A program made the translations under genes and the position numbers. From the NCBI RefSeq assembly GCF_006345805.1, contig NC_043009.1, positions 62,930,001 to 62,994,000 of the forward strand: 64,000 bases of DNA, in the 5' to 3' direction. This DNA is from Octopus sinensis. Taxonomy: Eukaryota. The notes beneath the pieces were generated by a model. That model was not told where the DNA came from and did no database searches. It saw only the letters and a program-made list of their open reading frames with translations. Below are positions 1 through 11,677 of the stretch, in pieces; the first letter of the stretch is position 1; every line of letters starts with the position of its first letter.

Positions 1-234
1 TGAATTATATGTATATGAGGGAAAATCTCAATTTTTTTTTTTTAGATAAAGGTGGTTAACAAGTTTGAAAAGTTAACATAAATAAAAATGAAATTCTATA
101 GTTATGAGGTATTTAACAGCATAAAGTGTTTGTGTGCAACACAAGGCCTAGAGACAAAAACAATATTGGTACTGAGAAGTCAAAAACAAGCAAGCTGTTT
201 TCAGTAGAAGTAATCTTCAGATTTTTCTCTAGGT

Positions 235-302
<68 letters not shown>

Positions 303-1392
303 TTATCCAAGTAATTTTGTTCACAAAAATTCTAATCAGCATTTAAAATAATTTAGATTCTAAATGTAAAATCTGTCTTTTCATTACTGTTTATGCTAAC
401 TAGCCTTTGGATCAAGAGACGGACATCAATGTTCTTACATCGGTTCACGTAGTTAGCAACAGTGCATGCATAAATACACACACACATTATATATATATAT
501 ATATATATGAACAAAAAAAAAAAAAAAGAGTGTAACAGGCAACAACAAAACATTCAGACAGACGATACAAAAAAATGACAAGGAAAAACAAGGACGGGTC
601 ATTCGGTGCTTTCAATCTTCAGTTGAGTATCAGATCATCTTTGCAGTTTCGGCCGGTTAATCTTGAGACTGCTCTAACCTGGCCGGTACCAAGAAAATCT
701 AAGCTAAGAGCACTAGATTCTTTGGAAGAAAGCAAACGAATGAATACAAGAACAAGGATGGAAAAAAAAAAAAAATTGGAGAAATGGTACACAATTACAA
801 ATACAAACAACAGGTGTCTTTCAACTAAAGATAAATTAAGCTGGCATGTGTGAGTGTAAAAATTAAACACAAAGGTAAAAAGAACAGAGTGTATTAGGTT
901 TACGCTCAGGAAAAATAGAAGGAAAAGCCTATTGTTTTGAGCATACACAGAAAGAAAAGCCAGGGAGGGGGGTTAGAGAGAGAAAAGAACAAATGTTGAT
1001 TAGATGGTCACTGAACAAAATACTCAGATGATGAGGCAGAAAAACAAGACAAAAATCATTTCATATTTAAGAGTATATAAGAATCAGTTTAGTATGTACC
1101 ATAAATGCAACAGAAAGTTTGCACTAGGAGAAACAAGAATTCTTGCAAAGATGTTTTACTCTTTTGATATCAATCTAACACTATCCCTGCTGTCAATGGT
1201 ACAAACTTTCTGATTTGAAGTGATCTAAATTAAAAGCTTCCATCAAAAATTCCATGGTGATTTCCGTTCCAAGCACTAGCTCCAACTTATTTCCCTAAAT
1301 TCTTCATTATTTTCAAATCAATTGAGACAAAAACAGTGCATTTCAACAGAAACAGGATAACAAAATGGTTAAGTCTTTCAAAAAGATTAACT

Positions 1393-1755
1393 CATCATCA
1401 TCATCGTTTAACGTCCGTTTTCCATGCTAGCATGGGTTGGACGGTTCAACCGGGGTCTGGGAAGCCAGGGGGCAGCACCAGGCTCCAGTCTGATATGGCA
1501 GTGTTTCTACAGCTGGATGCCCTTCCTAACGCCAACCACTCCGTGAGTGTAGTGGGTGCTTTTTATGTGCCAGAGGAGGCTGGCAACAGCCACGAATGGT
1601 TGGTGCTTTTTACATGCCACCGGCATGGAAGCCAGTCAAGGCAGCACTGGCATCAGCCACGTACGGATGGAGTTTTTTAGGTGCCAGGGTAGGCTGGCAA
1701 CGGCCACAAACGGTTGGTGCTTTTTATGTGCCACCGGCACGGAAGCCAGTCACAT
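1393..1755 (-). mobile_element. Family C non-autonomous retroelement (RTE-type (GAT)n tail)
   Basis: Reverse copy of the ...GGCACGTAAAAAGCACCCACTACACTC...GGACGTTAAACGATGATG element seen more than 12 times in the window. Confidence 0.75.
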
Positions 1756-1793
1756 AATAAATTTCTTCAAATTACCATAGCTTGAAAGAAATA

Positions 1794-3028
1794 TTGGGTT
1801 GGCAAGAAAGTAATTTCGTTTTTGTCAATGTTATGATTTTTTCCTTTTGACATTTGATAGCCGTTACTTTAGAAGCGAATTGCACGTAATTTTGTTTACA
1901 GCTGTTAGTTCTGTGTCACTTTTAACATGGAGTGCAAAGACGAACATTTTCACCATATTTTTTTTTAATTTCTGTAAAGGCAAGAAAGCTGTTGAAGCCC
2001 ACAAAGAGAAATGTGAAGTTTATGGTGTTGATTGCTTAACAGAATGCACATGTCAGAAACGGTTTAAAATATTCCATTCATCTTTGAGATTTTTCACTCA
2101 AAGACGACCAACATTCCGGTCGACCTACTGAAGATCATGATGACCGAATCAAAGCCATAATCGAATCTGATTGTCATATAACTGTGCAAGAGATTGCAGA
2201 GAGGTTAAATGTATCACACAAAACAATTGAAAATCACTTTAAATGTCTTGGACTCGTTAAGAAGCTTGATATTTGGGTTCCACATAAATTGAAAGAGATT
2301 CACTTAGCACAACGAATCAATATTTGCAATATGCATCTTAAACACAATGAAATCAAGCTTTTTTTGAAACAAATCATCACTGGCGATGAGAAATGGAATG
2401 TCTACAATAACATCAATCAGAAACAATCATGGTCCAAGTGCAATGAACCAACCCAAACCACATCGAAGGCGGAATTGCATCAAAAAAAGATCATGCTGGC
2501 AATTTGGTGGGATTACAAAGGTGTTGTGTATTTTGAGTTGCTTCCAAGGAACCAAACAATCAATTCAGATGTTTATTGTCAACAACTAATGAAAGTGGAG
2601 GAAGCAAAGTAAAATGGCCAGAACTGGCAAATCATAAAGGAATCATGTTCCACCATGACAAAGCTAGACCATACACATCTTTGCAAACTTGTGAAAAATT
2701 ATTGGAGCTTGGTTGAGAAGTGATGTCCCATTCACCATATAGCCCTGACTCTACACCATCAGATTACCATTTATTTCAAAGTTTGCAAAATTCTTTGACT
2801 GGCAAAACTTTCAATAATGATGATAACTTGAAATAGCACATGCTTCATTTTCTGGCTGATAAGGACCAGAAGTTGTATGAGTGTGGAATCATGAAGTTGC
2901 CAGAAGGATGGCAAAAGGTCAAACAAAATGGAAATATATATAATTGATTAAAGTTCATTCTTTGTATGAAAAAAAAACAACTTTTATTTCACACTAAAAA
3001 AACCGAAACTACTTTCTTGCCAACCCAA
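1794..3028 (+). mobile_element. Full-length inactive mariner (Tc1/mariner, DD34D) transposon
   Basis: TIRs TTGGGTTGGCAAGAAAGTA...; TA on both sides (1792-1793, 3029-3030). Transposase remnants WVPHKL, GDEKW, HHDKARPH and SPYSPD..PSDYHLF, with stops and frameshifts. Confidence 0.93.
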
Positions 3029-3859
3029 TATAATCAATTAAACTAAATTTAGTATATAATCGGTACACCAGCTGTAAAACCCAAGAAAATGAAATGCAAC
3101 ATTTGATCTCTACAAAATAACACAAAGAAGCTCAAAGACCAAATACAAAGAATGTCATACAAATGCATCTTCTTCAAAGACTGATTCCAAATCTAACGAT
3201 CTGTACAGTAACGTTTGCAAAACAGATGGATTTATGAATTTGAATAATCTGCTTCAGGCACACTCACAGAAATAAAAAAAGCATTCATCAGATAAAATAT
3301 TTTCTCATTTTTTTTTTAATTATATTTCTAAATAGGTATGTAATTTGTATTTGATAAAAATGTCAAAAAAAAAACCCCCTTCAACAACACATGTAAATGT
3401 GTAATAAGAGTTATCTGAGTAATTTTTTTATGTGGATGGGGAGGAGTTTGATGAAATGAGACATTCTTTGAACATGTTTGTGAATAACAAATGAGATGAA
3501 AGTTCTCAGATAATCCAATCCAAGAACTCCATTATCTTGTTAGAGATTGCAGAAAAAAAAATCTGATTAAATTTAGGACAAAACAATTATATTCTTTTGA
3601 CTATTTGGTACAAAGCCAGCTTTCTGTTAAACAACCAAGCAGAGTGGAAAAAAATAAATAAATAAAATAAAAAAAGCCATTAAGATGTTCAGCAGTTCCC
3701 AAATTATGACCCAAAGCAATTTAAATCTATGCTGATTCTTCTTCATAATTATTTCCACAATGGTAGAAAGCACATTAAAATTTAAGTCTTCCATCTTAAA
3801 TAATGTTGAAGAAATGGTCAGATATTTTGGAAGCATGAGTTACTTGGTGATCTCACTAG

Positions 3860-4625
3860 TGCAGGTGCCGTGTAAAAAGCACCCAGTACATTCAGTGAAG
3901 TGGTTGGCACTGAGAAGGGCATCCAGCAATAGAAACCACAGAAAGTCCTCTGGTTTGCTGGCTCCCTTCATCTAACCCATACCAGCATGGAAAGCAGAAG
4001 TTAAACATTGCTGATGATGTGGTGAGTAAAGAGTGTATATTAGGTGAGCACCATCTGAGCGTGATCATTGTCAGAGCGGCTAACCGGCTTCCATGCCGAT
4101 GGCATGTAAAAGGCACCATTCAAACGCGATCGTTACCAGCACCTGTGCCAGTGGAATGTGTAAAAAGGTTTGAGCGAGGTCGTTGCCAGTACCACCTGAA
4201 TGGCCCCTGTGCTGGTGGCACATAAAAAGCACCCACTACACTCTCGGAGTGGTTGGCATTAGGAAGGGCATCCAGCTGTAGAAACTCTGCCAGATCAAGA
4301 TTGGAGCCTGGTGCAGCCATCTGGTTCGCCAGCCCTCAGTCAAATGGTCCATAAAAAGCAACCACTACACTCTCGGAGTGGTTGGCATTAGGAAGGGCAT
4401 CCAGCTGTAGAAACTCTACTAGATCAAGATTGAAGCCTGGTGCAGCCATCTGGTTCGCCAGCCCTCAGTCAAATGGTCTATAAAAAGCACTCACTACACT
4501 CTCGGAGTGGTTGGCATTAGGAAGGGCATCCAGCTGTAGAAACTCTACCAGATCAAGATTGAAGCCTGGTGCAGCCATCTGGTCCAACCCATGCTAGCAT
4601 GGAAAGCGGACGTTAAACAATGAGG
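3860..4625 (+). mobile_element. Family C elements, including a 3 x ~130-bp internal tandem (4220-4580)
   Basis: Units start at 4220, 4350 and 4479; ends in GACGTTAAACAATGAGGATGA. Confidence 0.75.
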
Positions 4626-4978
4626 ATGAAAGCAACAATGAAAACATACTCTGAGTGTGCAAACTGTATTGGTGCAACTAACAGAAGAGCCAACTGTCTT
4701 GTTTAAGATAGTCATTAGTGCTAACAGCAGATCATTCATAACTTGATACCTTGAGAATAATGTGAGTGGAATTCACTTTGTATGTACCAGCAACTAGCAA
4801 ACATGCATTGGCTATTTAGAATGTGCTGTGTGAGTAAACGGATCATTAGCAAAATGAAAAACAATTTACGTTAGAGATTTCTCAAGGTACACATTGTAAA
4901 GATAGAACAAGTAAAAAGATTGTGGAAGGTTAGTAGACTGGCCAAAGGAAATTAGATAAGGATTTTAGGACATCAAAT

Positions 4979-5199
4979 TTAACACTTCCATATGCCACAC
5001 ACTGTCAAATGTAATACATGTTTACCAAAAAAAAAAAAAATTCATGCATCATCTCAAAGCTTCAAGATTTTTATGTTTATTTTGTTGTTTTAGAATGACA
5101 TTGCAGAGTAGGTGTGAGGCGGGGGGTCCAGCCAGTCTGAACATAAAACAGGTAGAATATACAGGCCAGGCGTGGGCCGTTTAAACGCTAAAGGGTTAA
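4979..5199. mobile_element. piggyBac-like MITE, family 2 (relatives near 7080, 8620, 13100, 26170)
   Basis: Right end GCTAAAGGG|TTAA; shared body AACATAAAACAGGTAGAATA; left end degraded. Confidence 0.45.
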
Positions 5200-5344
5200 A
5201 TTAGTTTAACCCAGTATTTTCAGTGTTGTTACTTTTCAATAAAGTTTGCCATTCTCAACTAGATTGGAAGTGTCTGCAGTTACAGTAGCACATTTTGCTT
5301 CTGGTCACCTCTGTGAGTCCCTTTCAAGCCAGTTATTTCTTTTA

Positions 5345-5719
5345 CTAGCAGTATCACCCGGCGTTGCTCGGGTTTGTTTCGACCCTTTAGAATTGGAATT
5401 TTTGAAAAGTAAAAATTTGGCATTATGTAGCTTGTTATTCTTTTTAAGTGAACATTTTTCTGGTTGAAATACACCAAAAAATCGTAGAAAATAGGGCTTT
5501 TCATAGAATAAAAAAAACACCTTTTTGATGTAAATAATTTTTGGTGTTAACATGGTCCGATTTGAATTTTTTCTTCTACGGAAGGAAGAGAAAGCCTTCT
5601 TCTATCGTACTCCAAATTTTGGTCAACTTGCGCCGCAGGGTCTCAGAGGAGATAGTGTTAGTTGAAGGCTACCAAACCTGCCATACACAGACAACTTCAG
5701 CTTTATATGTATAGAGAGA
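5345..5719 (-). mobile_element. Non-autonomous Helitron, family H1
   Basis: 5' A|TC, 3' hairpin CCGAGCAACGCCGGG then CTAG|T, no TSD. Second copy at 50545-50934. Confidence 0.85.
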
Positions 5720-6629
5720 TTGGTGATGTGAATTCTATTTACATTAAACTTTATTGATTAGATATCAATAGACAATCACTAATTCAAATATGAATTGATG
5801 AAGAGTCCTGGGTGACAGTAACAGGAAAAAAACAAAATTATCAAAGACGAGTATGGATCTGCCATACTGCAGACTTATTCAACTCATGGCAGCAGAGAAA
5901 ACTGAACATTAACATGATGAATTACAAGAGCAACCATAGAAGCTGATGGACCACTTATTTGTGATTTAGATAGGTGCAGGCATGGCTGCATAGTTAAGAA
6001 GCTTGCTTCCCAACAATATGGTCTTGGGTTCAGTCCCACTGCGCAGCACCTTTGGCAAATATTTTATTACAGTCCAGGGCTGCCCAAAGCCTTGTAATTA
6101 GATTTGGCAGATGGAAACCGAAAGATGTTTATTTGTGTGCACATGTGTGTGTATATATATATCATTTTTATATATGCTTTTGTTTGAACCCTTGCCTTGA
6201 CATCATGTGATGGCTGTAAATGAGCATCTCTGTCATACATGCAATATTGTTCGTTCCCAGTCTTCTGTGGGAAACATCTGGCCCTGGGAAATATTATCTT
6301 ACTTGCCAAAAGGTGAGGGCTAGCAACAGGAAGGGAATCCAAATGTAGAAAGCCTGCCTCAACACTGTCTGACTCATGCAAGCAAGAAAAATGGGAACGT
6401 TAAATAATGATGTATTCTAGAATTAATATTATCCTTGATCAAGAGACCAAATTTTTCTAGCCTCACTCAATTCTAGATTAACTCCTTAGAATTCAAATCA
6501 TTCTATCAAATCTAATGCTTAGATATTCACATTGTTTTGAATTATCATGCATTATCCCAGAGCTTCAAGGTTTCAATGATGTGATTGTTTATCTTTAGAA
6601 AGACACCTGTCTGCCACAGCAGAATTGAA

Positions 6630-7052
6630 ACTGGTGCTGGTGTCACATAAAAAGCACCCAGTACACTCTGTGGCATGGTTGGTGTTAGGAAGGGCATCCA
6701 GCCATAGAAACCATGCCAAAACAGACACATGGAGCTTGGTGCAGCCCTCAGGCTTACCAGATCCTGTCAAACTGTCCAACCCATTCATCATCATCATCAT
6801 CGTTTTGCGTCCGTTTTCCATGCTAGCATGGGTTGGACGGTTCTACTGGGGTCTGTGGAGCCAGAAGGCTTCATCAGGCCCAGTCAAATCTGACAGTGTT
6901 TCTACGGCTGGATGCCCTTCCTAATGCCAACCACTCCGTGAGTGTAGTGGGTGCTTTTTACGTGTCACCCGCACAGGTGCCAGACAGAGCTGGCAAACGG
7001 CCACGAACGGATGGTGCTTTTTCAGCATGGAAAACAGACGTTAAATGATGAT
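6630..7052. mobile_element. Family C fragments in opposite orientations
   Basis: Plus fragment 6630-6785, minus copy starting at (CAT)n near 6785, and a plus tail at 7022-7052. Confidence 0.65.
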
Positions 7053-7703
7053 AAACGGTAGGTGCGAGAGGAAGGATCTTTTTGGTTTGAACATAAAACA
7101 GGCAGAATACTTGAGCTTGTTTACATGTTAAAGGGCTAAAGATGACGATCCAAAATGATGTAAAGCTGTTAAAAGGTAGAAAAACTGCCATAAAAACAAA
7201 CTTCAATAACTGAACTATATTATAGGACCCATTTTTAATGCTATTTCCAATCTTTATTTAAAGCTATTGTTAAATGTACATCAGTTGTTACCTAACCCAA
7301 ACTAGAAATAATGAGAGCAAGGTATGATAATTTTAGAGATGATCTAGCCCCACCCCTCCCCAACCAAGTTTCAGTGGTTCTTTATCAAAGAAATTCTATT
7401 CTAGCAATTCTTGACTCTCCCATCATTAAGGATTTTTAACATTCCTCTATTCTGACCTTCAAGGGCCCACACAGGTTGTAAGATCTTTAGCAAATGCTAG
7501 GAACTAAATAGCTGTAACTGATAAAAACTACTTTTTCTAAGTGAAAACTGAGAGAAATAAAAAAGTAGGATGCAATACAGCTTGTTTAAAACCCAGCATT
7601 AAATAAAAAAACTTAATAGGGTTGCTTTTATTTAAAAAAAAAAACAAATAAATTCAAATATCCTAAAAATGTCACATTAATTGTAAATGTGGCATAATTG
7701 TAA

Positions 7704-8080
7704 TAGGTGTAGGAGTGGCTGTGTGGTAAGTAGCTTGCTTACTAACCACATGGTTCCAGGTTCAGTCCCACTGCGTGGCACCTTGGGCAAGTGTCTTCTA
7801 CTATAGCCTCGGGCTGACCAAAGCCTTGTGAGTGGATTTGGTAGATGGAAACTGAAAGAAGCGTCGTATATATGTGTATCATCGTGTGTATATGTTTGTC
7901 CCCCTAGCATTGGTTGACAACCAATGCTGGTGTGTTTACGTCCCCGTAACTTAGCGGTTCGGCAAAAGAGACCGATAGAATAAGTACTAGATTTACAAAG
8001 AATAAGTCCTGGGGTCGATTTGCTCGACTAAAGGCGGTGCTCCAGCATGGCCACAGTCACATGATTGGAACAAGTAAAAA
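7704..8080 (+). mobile_element. SINE-A (tRNA-like head, microsatellite linker, TGACTGAAACAAGTAAAAGAG-type tail)
   Basis: Head GGAGTGGCTGTGTGGTAAGTAGCTTGC...GGTTCAGTCCC; 15 or more copies in the window. Confidence 0.85.
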
Positions 8081-8949
8081 AAAAGTGCAAGTGACCTAGT
8101 GGCTAAATGCATTACTTAGGAATAAAGGTTCCGACTTCAAATCGATTCCAATACTCTGTACACACCTTGGAATAAGATATCGGATAACCAGAGACCAAGC
8201 AGATTGCAACATGGCCATCATCATCATCATCGTTTTAATGATCACTTTTCTCTGAGTCAGACGCAATTTGTTGAAGCATGTTTTTTGACAGCCAGATGCC
8301 CTTCTTGTCATCAACCCCTACCTCCCTACCTGTTCCAACCAAAGTAATTTTGGCCCCATGGCTGGACAGGCTTTCATGGAAGATTAGAAATGAATGACAA
8401 CTTGTTTGATGAATGCACTCATTCACAACTATTGTGCAAGGTCAAAACAAGACACCAAAACACACACACGACAGATTTCCAAGGTGCCTTTTGTTAGGAC
8501 CGAACATGAAATTGTATAGTTACTCTGCGAAATGTAAGGCTTATTCCTTTCACATTGTTTTCAATTAATCATGAATTATTTTGTTGCTCTAGAGATATCA
8601 ATGATGAGATTGTTTACTTTTAGAATGGCATTGGAGGGTAAGTGCAAGAGAGTGGACTTGGCCAGTTTGAACGTAAAGCAGGTAGAATATTTGGGCCAGA
8701 CAAGGCTAGTTTAAATGCTAAGATATAAATATTAAAACAAGTTACACAGTAAAGTTGAGATTCATAGTTTCATCTCTTAGAATGAGGCATACTGAATGAG
8801 AAAGCTTCTTGGAGTTAATAGCAACTATGATGATGACACAGTGTACAGTCAAGATGTAAGTGAGACAAAATCTTAGTCACACAGTTCTCAAAACTAAGAA
8901 CAAAAGGTGAAAGCAAAACAACAGTATTTCACTTGTTTTTTTGTTTGGC

Positions 8950-9290
8950 AGAGCCTAGAGGAAGATGCAATGTCTGTGGTCACCTCCACAGGCCTTTCTA
9001 GACAAGTGAGATAAATCTCAATGTTCCACCAGCAGGAAAGACAGGAACAGAAAGGGCAAGGCATAATGATTAGTGCAGAGCCTGGGGTACTGGACACAAT
9101 AATGACGGGTAGAGAGGAGAGAAGTACGTTGAACTGGCGTCAGCTCAGCCAGTTCTGAGGAGCAGGGGCCATTATAGTTGCAGTAGAAAGGTTGAGTGAG
9201 GAGATACCACCTGCTGGAGCATTTCTATGAATGACTCGATGCTAGTCAAGTAGTCTTTCCTGGATGCATTTCGGAAGTAGGTAAACAAAT
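8950..9290 (-). mobile_element. Degenerate CR1/Jockey-group LINE ORF2 3' fragment
   Basis: Translates as FYCNYNGPCSSELAELTP...RLCTNHYALPF, similar to the plus-strand fragment at 21240. Confidence 0.55.
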
Positions 9291-9374
9291 TAATGCTATG
9301 TAAAATTGACAGAGAATTGATTTTGCTTCATAGAGTTTCATATTAATTGGTTAGACTGACCAAAACTGACTTAC

Positions 9375-9410
9375 GTGCTGATAGCACATCATTGTTTTCA
9401 ATGAATGTAG
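9375..9410 (-). other. Candidate 36-nt microexon
   Basis: aatttatag|CTACATTC...TCAGCAC|gtaagt; consensus donor; frame-preserving; open in two frames (TFIENNDVLSA or LHSLKTMMCYQH). Confidence 0.35.
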
Positions 9411-10294
9411 CTATAAATTTCATTCTTAAGAATGTTAACCAGAACAACCAACATATAAAAACATAAAACAATAGAAAATCTATGTAAAACAAAATACAAC
9501 TAATATATCAAATCCCAGTTTGTAGCATTTCCCCACTTCGACATATATGCTAGATAAATAAAAAGTAATAATTTGAAAAACTAATTTCTCAAATATTATG
9601 CCTAATTTGAACTGGTATTTATATTCAGAAAAACAGCCTTTTCAAAACCATCAATCAAATCCATTGTTGTGTTCCAGAAGAGGAAGCAACTTACACAAAA
9701 TCTTAAAAGTACAATTGAAAACTGGACACACCTTATTTTTTTGTTTTCTACACAAAATGATGATCATGATCATTTAACGTCCATTTTCCATGCTGGCATG
9801 GGTTAGACAGTTTGACAGGAGCTGGCAAGGCCAGAGAGCTACACCAGGTTCCAGCCATTTGTTTTGGAATGGTTTCTCCAGCTGGACATCCTTCCTAACG
9901 CCAACCACTCTGTAGAGGGCACAGGTGTTTTCTATGTGACACTGACATTGGAGAATTAATTACAAATTATAGAAGTGATGACAGAGTTCCAGTGTTGAGA
10001 GTTGTGTAATATTGTAAAGATTGGGAGTATTATACAAGAGTGGATCTTTCTCAAAAGCAGAGAAGGTATTTTATAGCATAAATCTAACAAGGTTTCTCAG
10101 GGAATGTCTGAAAAAATTCCAAATGCACAAAAGCGATTACCAATGGAAGCAAACTCTAGGTCAAGGTTCATTAATTAAAATGAAAAGCTTTATTAATGAT
10201 ACATGTACGATAGTTTCAGCATTAACTAGTGATTCCCATATCCAAACTATAGCAAATGCCTTTGCGAGTATGGTACTAATGTGTTAGTATGGAC

Positions 10295-10473
10295 CAGTGC
10301 TTTTCAAACTTTTTGCTGGAGCGGAACCCCAAGGAAACATTCCACTGGCTCGAGGAACCCCTGTGCAATAATTCAATAGTCTTATGCACAAGCATCTGCA
10401 CAGGAGAATTAAAAATTGCTGCCGATTTTAGCAGTTTTGTAACTTCTTGCGGAACCCTGGTTGAAAACCACTG
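10295..10473. mobile_element. hAT-type MITE (179 bp)
   Basis: TIRs CAGTGCTTTTCAA / TTGAAAACCACTG; perfect 8-bp TSD GTATGGAC. Confidence 0.92.
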
Positions 10474-10698
10474 GTATGGACAACCGTTGACTAATCGAAA
10501 GATGACAATTGCTATAGTTGGGATGGAGGAATTACTGGTATCATTAAAGGAAGCTAATATGACAGACAAATGCAAAGACCAAAAACTAAGATAGATAGAT
10601 AGACAGAACGAATAAGGACGAATATATCTAACATATATATCCAACAGTGGCGGAAAAAATAGCTATAAATTCATAGTATATTTTCTTCAAGATGTTAC

Positions 10699-10716
10699 CA
10701 CTGCCTGCCTTCTGTA
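10699..10716 (-). other. Candidate 18-nt microexon
   Basis: Long polypyrimidine tract ...ttatctgttcag|TACAGAAGGCAGGCAGTG|gtaaca; frame-preserving; unique sequence. Confidence 0.3.
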
Positions 10717-11362
10717 CTGAACAGATAAAAAAAAACAAAAAAAACATAAGTTATCAATATTTCGAAAAAAAGATTTAAGCTAAACCCAACTGCATCTCCC
10801 CCCCTCCTCTGGCTTACTGCCTTTAATAAAAATAGAAAACACTGTAACACACAACTGAAAGTAAAAGAAAAACTCAAGCACATTGTGCACGACTAAAGCT
10901 TTCAGTGGATTTGGTAAGACGGAAACTGAAAGAAGCCCGCCGTGTTTGTGTGTGTGCGTGTGTGTATCTATCCGTGTATCAGTTTGTGTTTGTCCCCCAA
11001 TTATGTCTTGACAACCGATGCTGGTGTGTTTACGTCCCCGTAACTTAGCAGTTCGGCAAAAGAGACCGATAGAATAAAAATACTAGGCTTCAAAAGAAAT
11101 AGGTGCAGGGGGTTGGTTCGTTTGACTAAAAAACCCTTCAAGGCGATGCCCCAGCATGGCTGCACTCCAATGGCTAAAACATGTGTGTGTGTATGTGTAT
11201 ATATATATATATATGCACACACACACACATATATATATGTGTGTGTGTATTTGATTTTAAACCAAGAGAGGAAATACTCAACACAGAATGAGAATAAACA
11301 TTTACTATAGCGCTGAGATTATTACTCTTAGCGATAACAGATAATGATCTCAATACTACTAC

Positions 11363-11393
<31 letters not shown>

Positions 11394-11644
11394 ATGTGTG
11401 GTCCATTTTGAGGCTAATAAAAAATAAAGCAAACAAGCTTCGCCCCAGCAAAGGAAGGATTCCATTACCTCAAAAATATGCGCCACCTTTTGAATGTTTA
11501 TCGACTGAGGTGGCGGGAGGGGAAGTGCTGATGTTCTGTTGGTATATTTATAATAATAATAATAATCACATACTACCAGCTACCCACAGAGAGAACACTA
11601 TTTAAAGGCCCTTATAAAACAAATCGCTCCCACCTATATAATAT

Positions 11645-11677
<33 letters not shown>

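Noticed and set aside
636-695. Hammerhead-like stem with GGCC-GAAA on the minus strand
   Set aside because: A stem II-like pairing and GAAA exist, but the CUGANGA core reads CUUGGUA and no NUH/stem I is recoverable. At most a decayed relative.
3160-4750. Candidate minus-strand coding exons (SLDLESVFEEDAFV*, KAGFVPNSQ..., YQVMNDLL...)
   Set aside because: Plausible splice motifs, but no recognisable homology and no consistent chain could be built.
8781-8855. Plus-strand exon-like segment (ttag|...|gtaagt)
   Set aside because: Stops in all three frames from the acceptor and no supporting neighbouring plus-strand exons.
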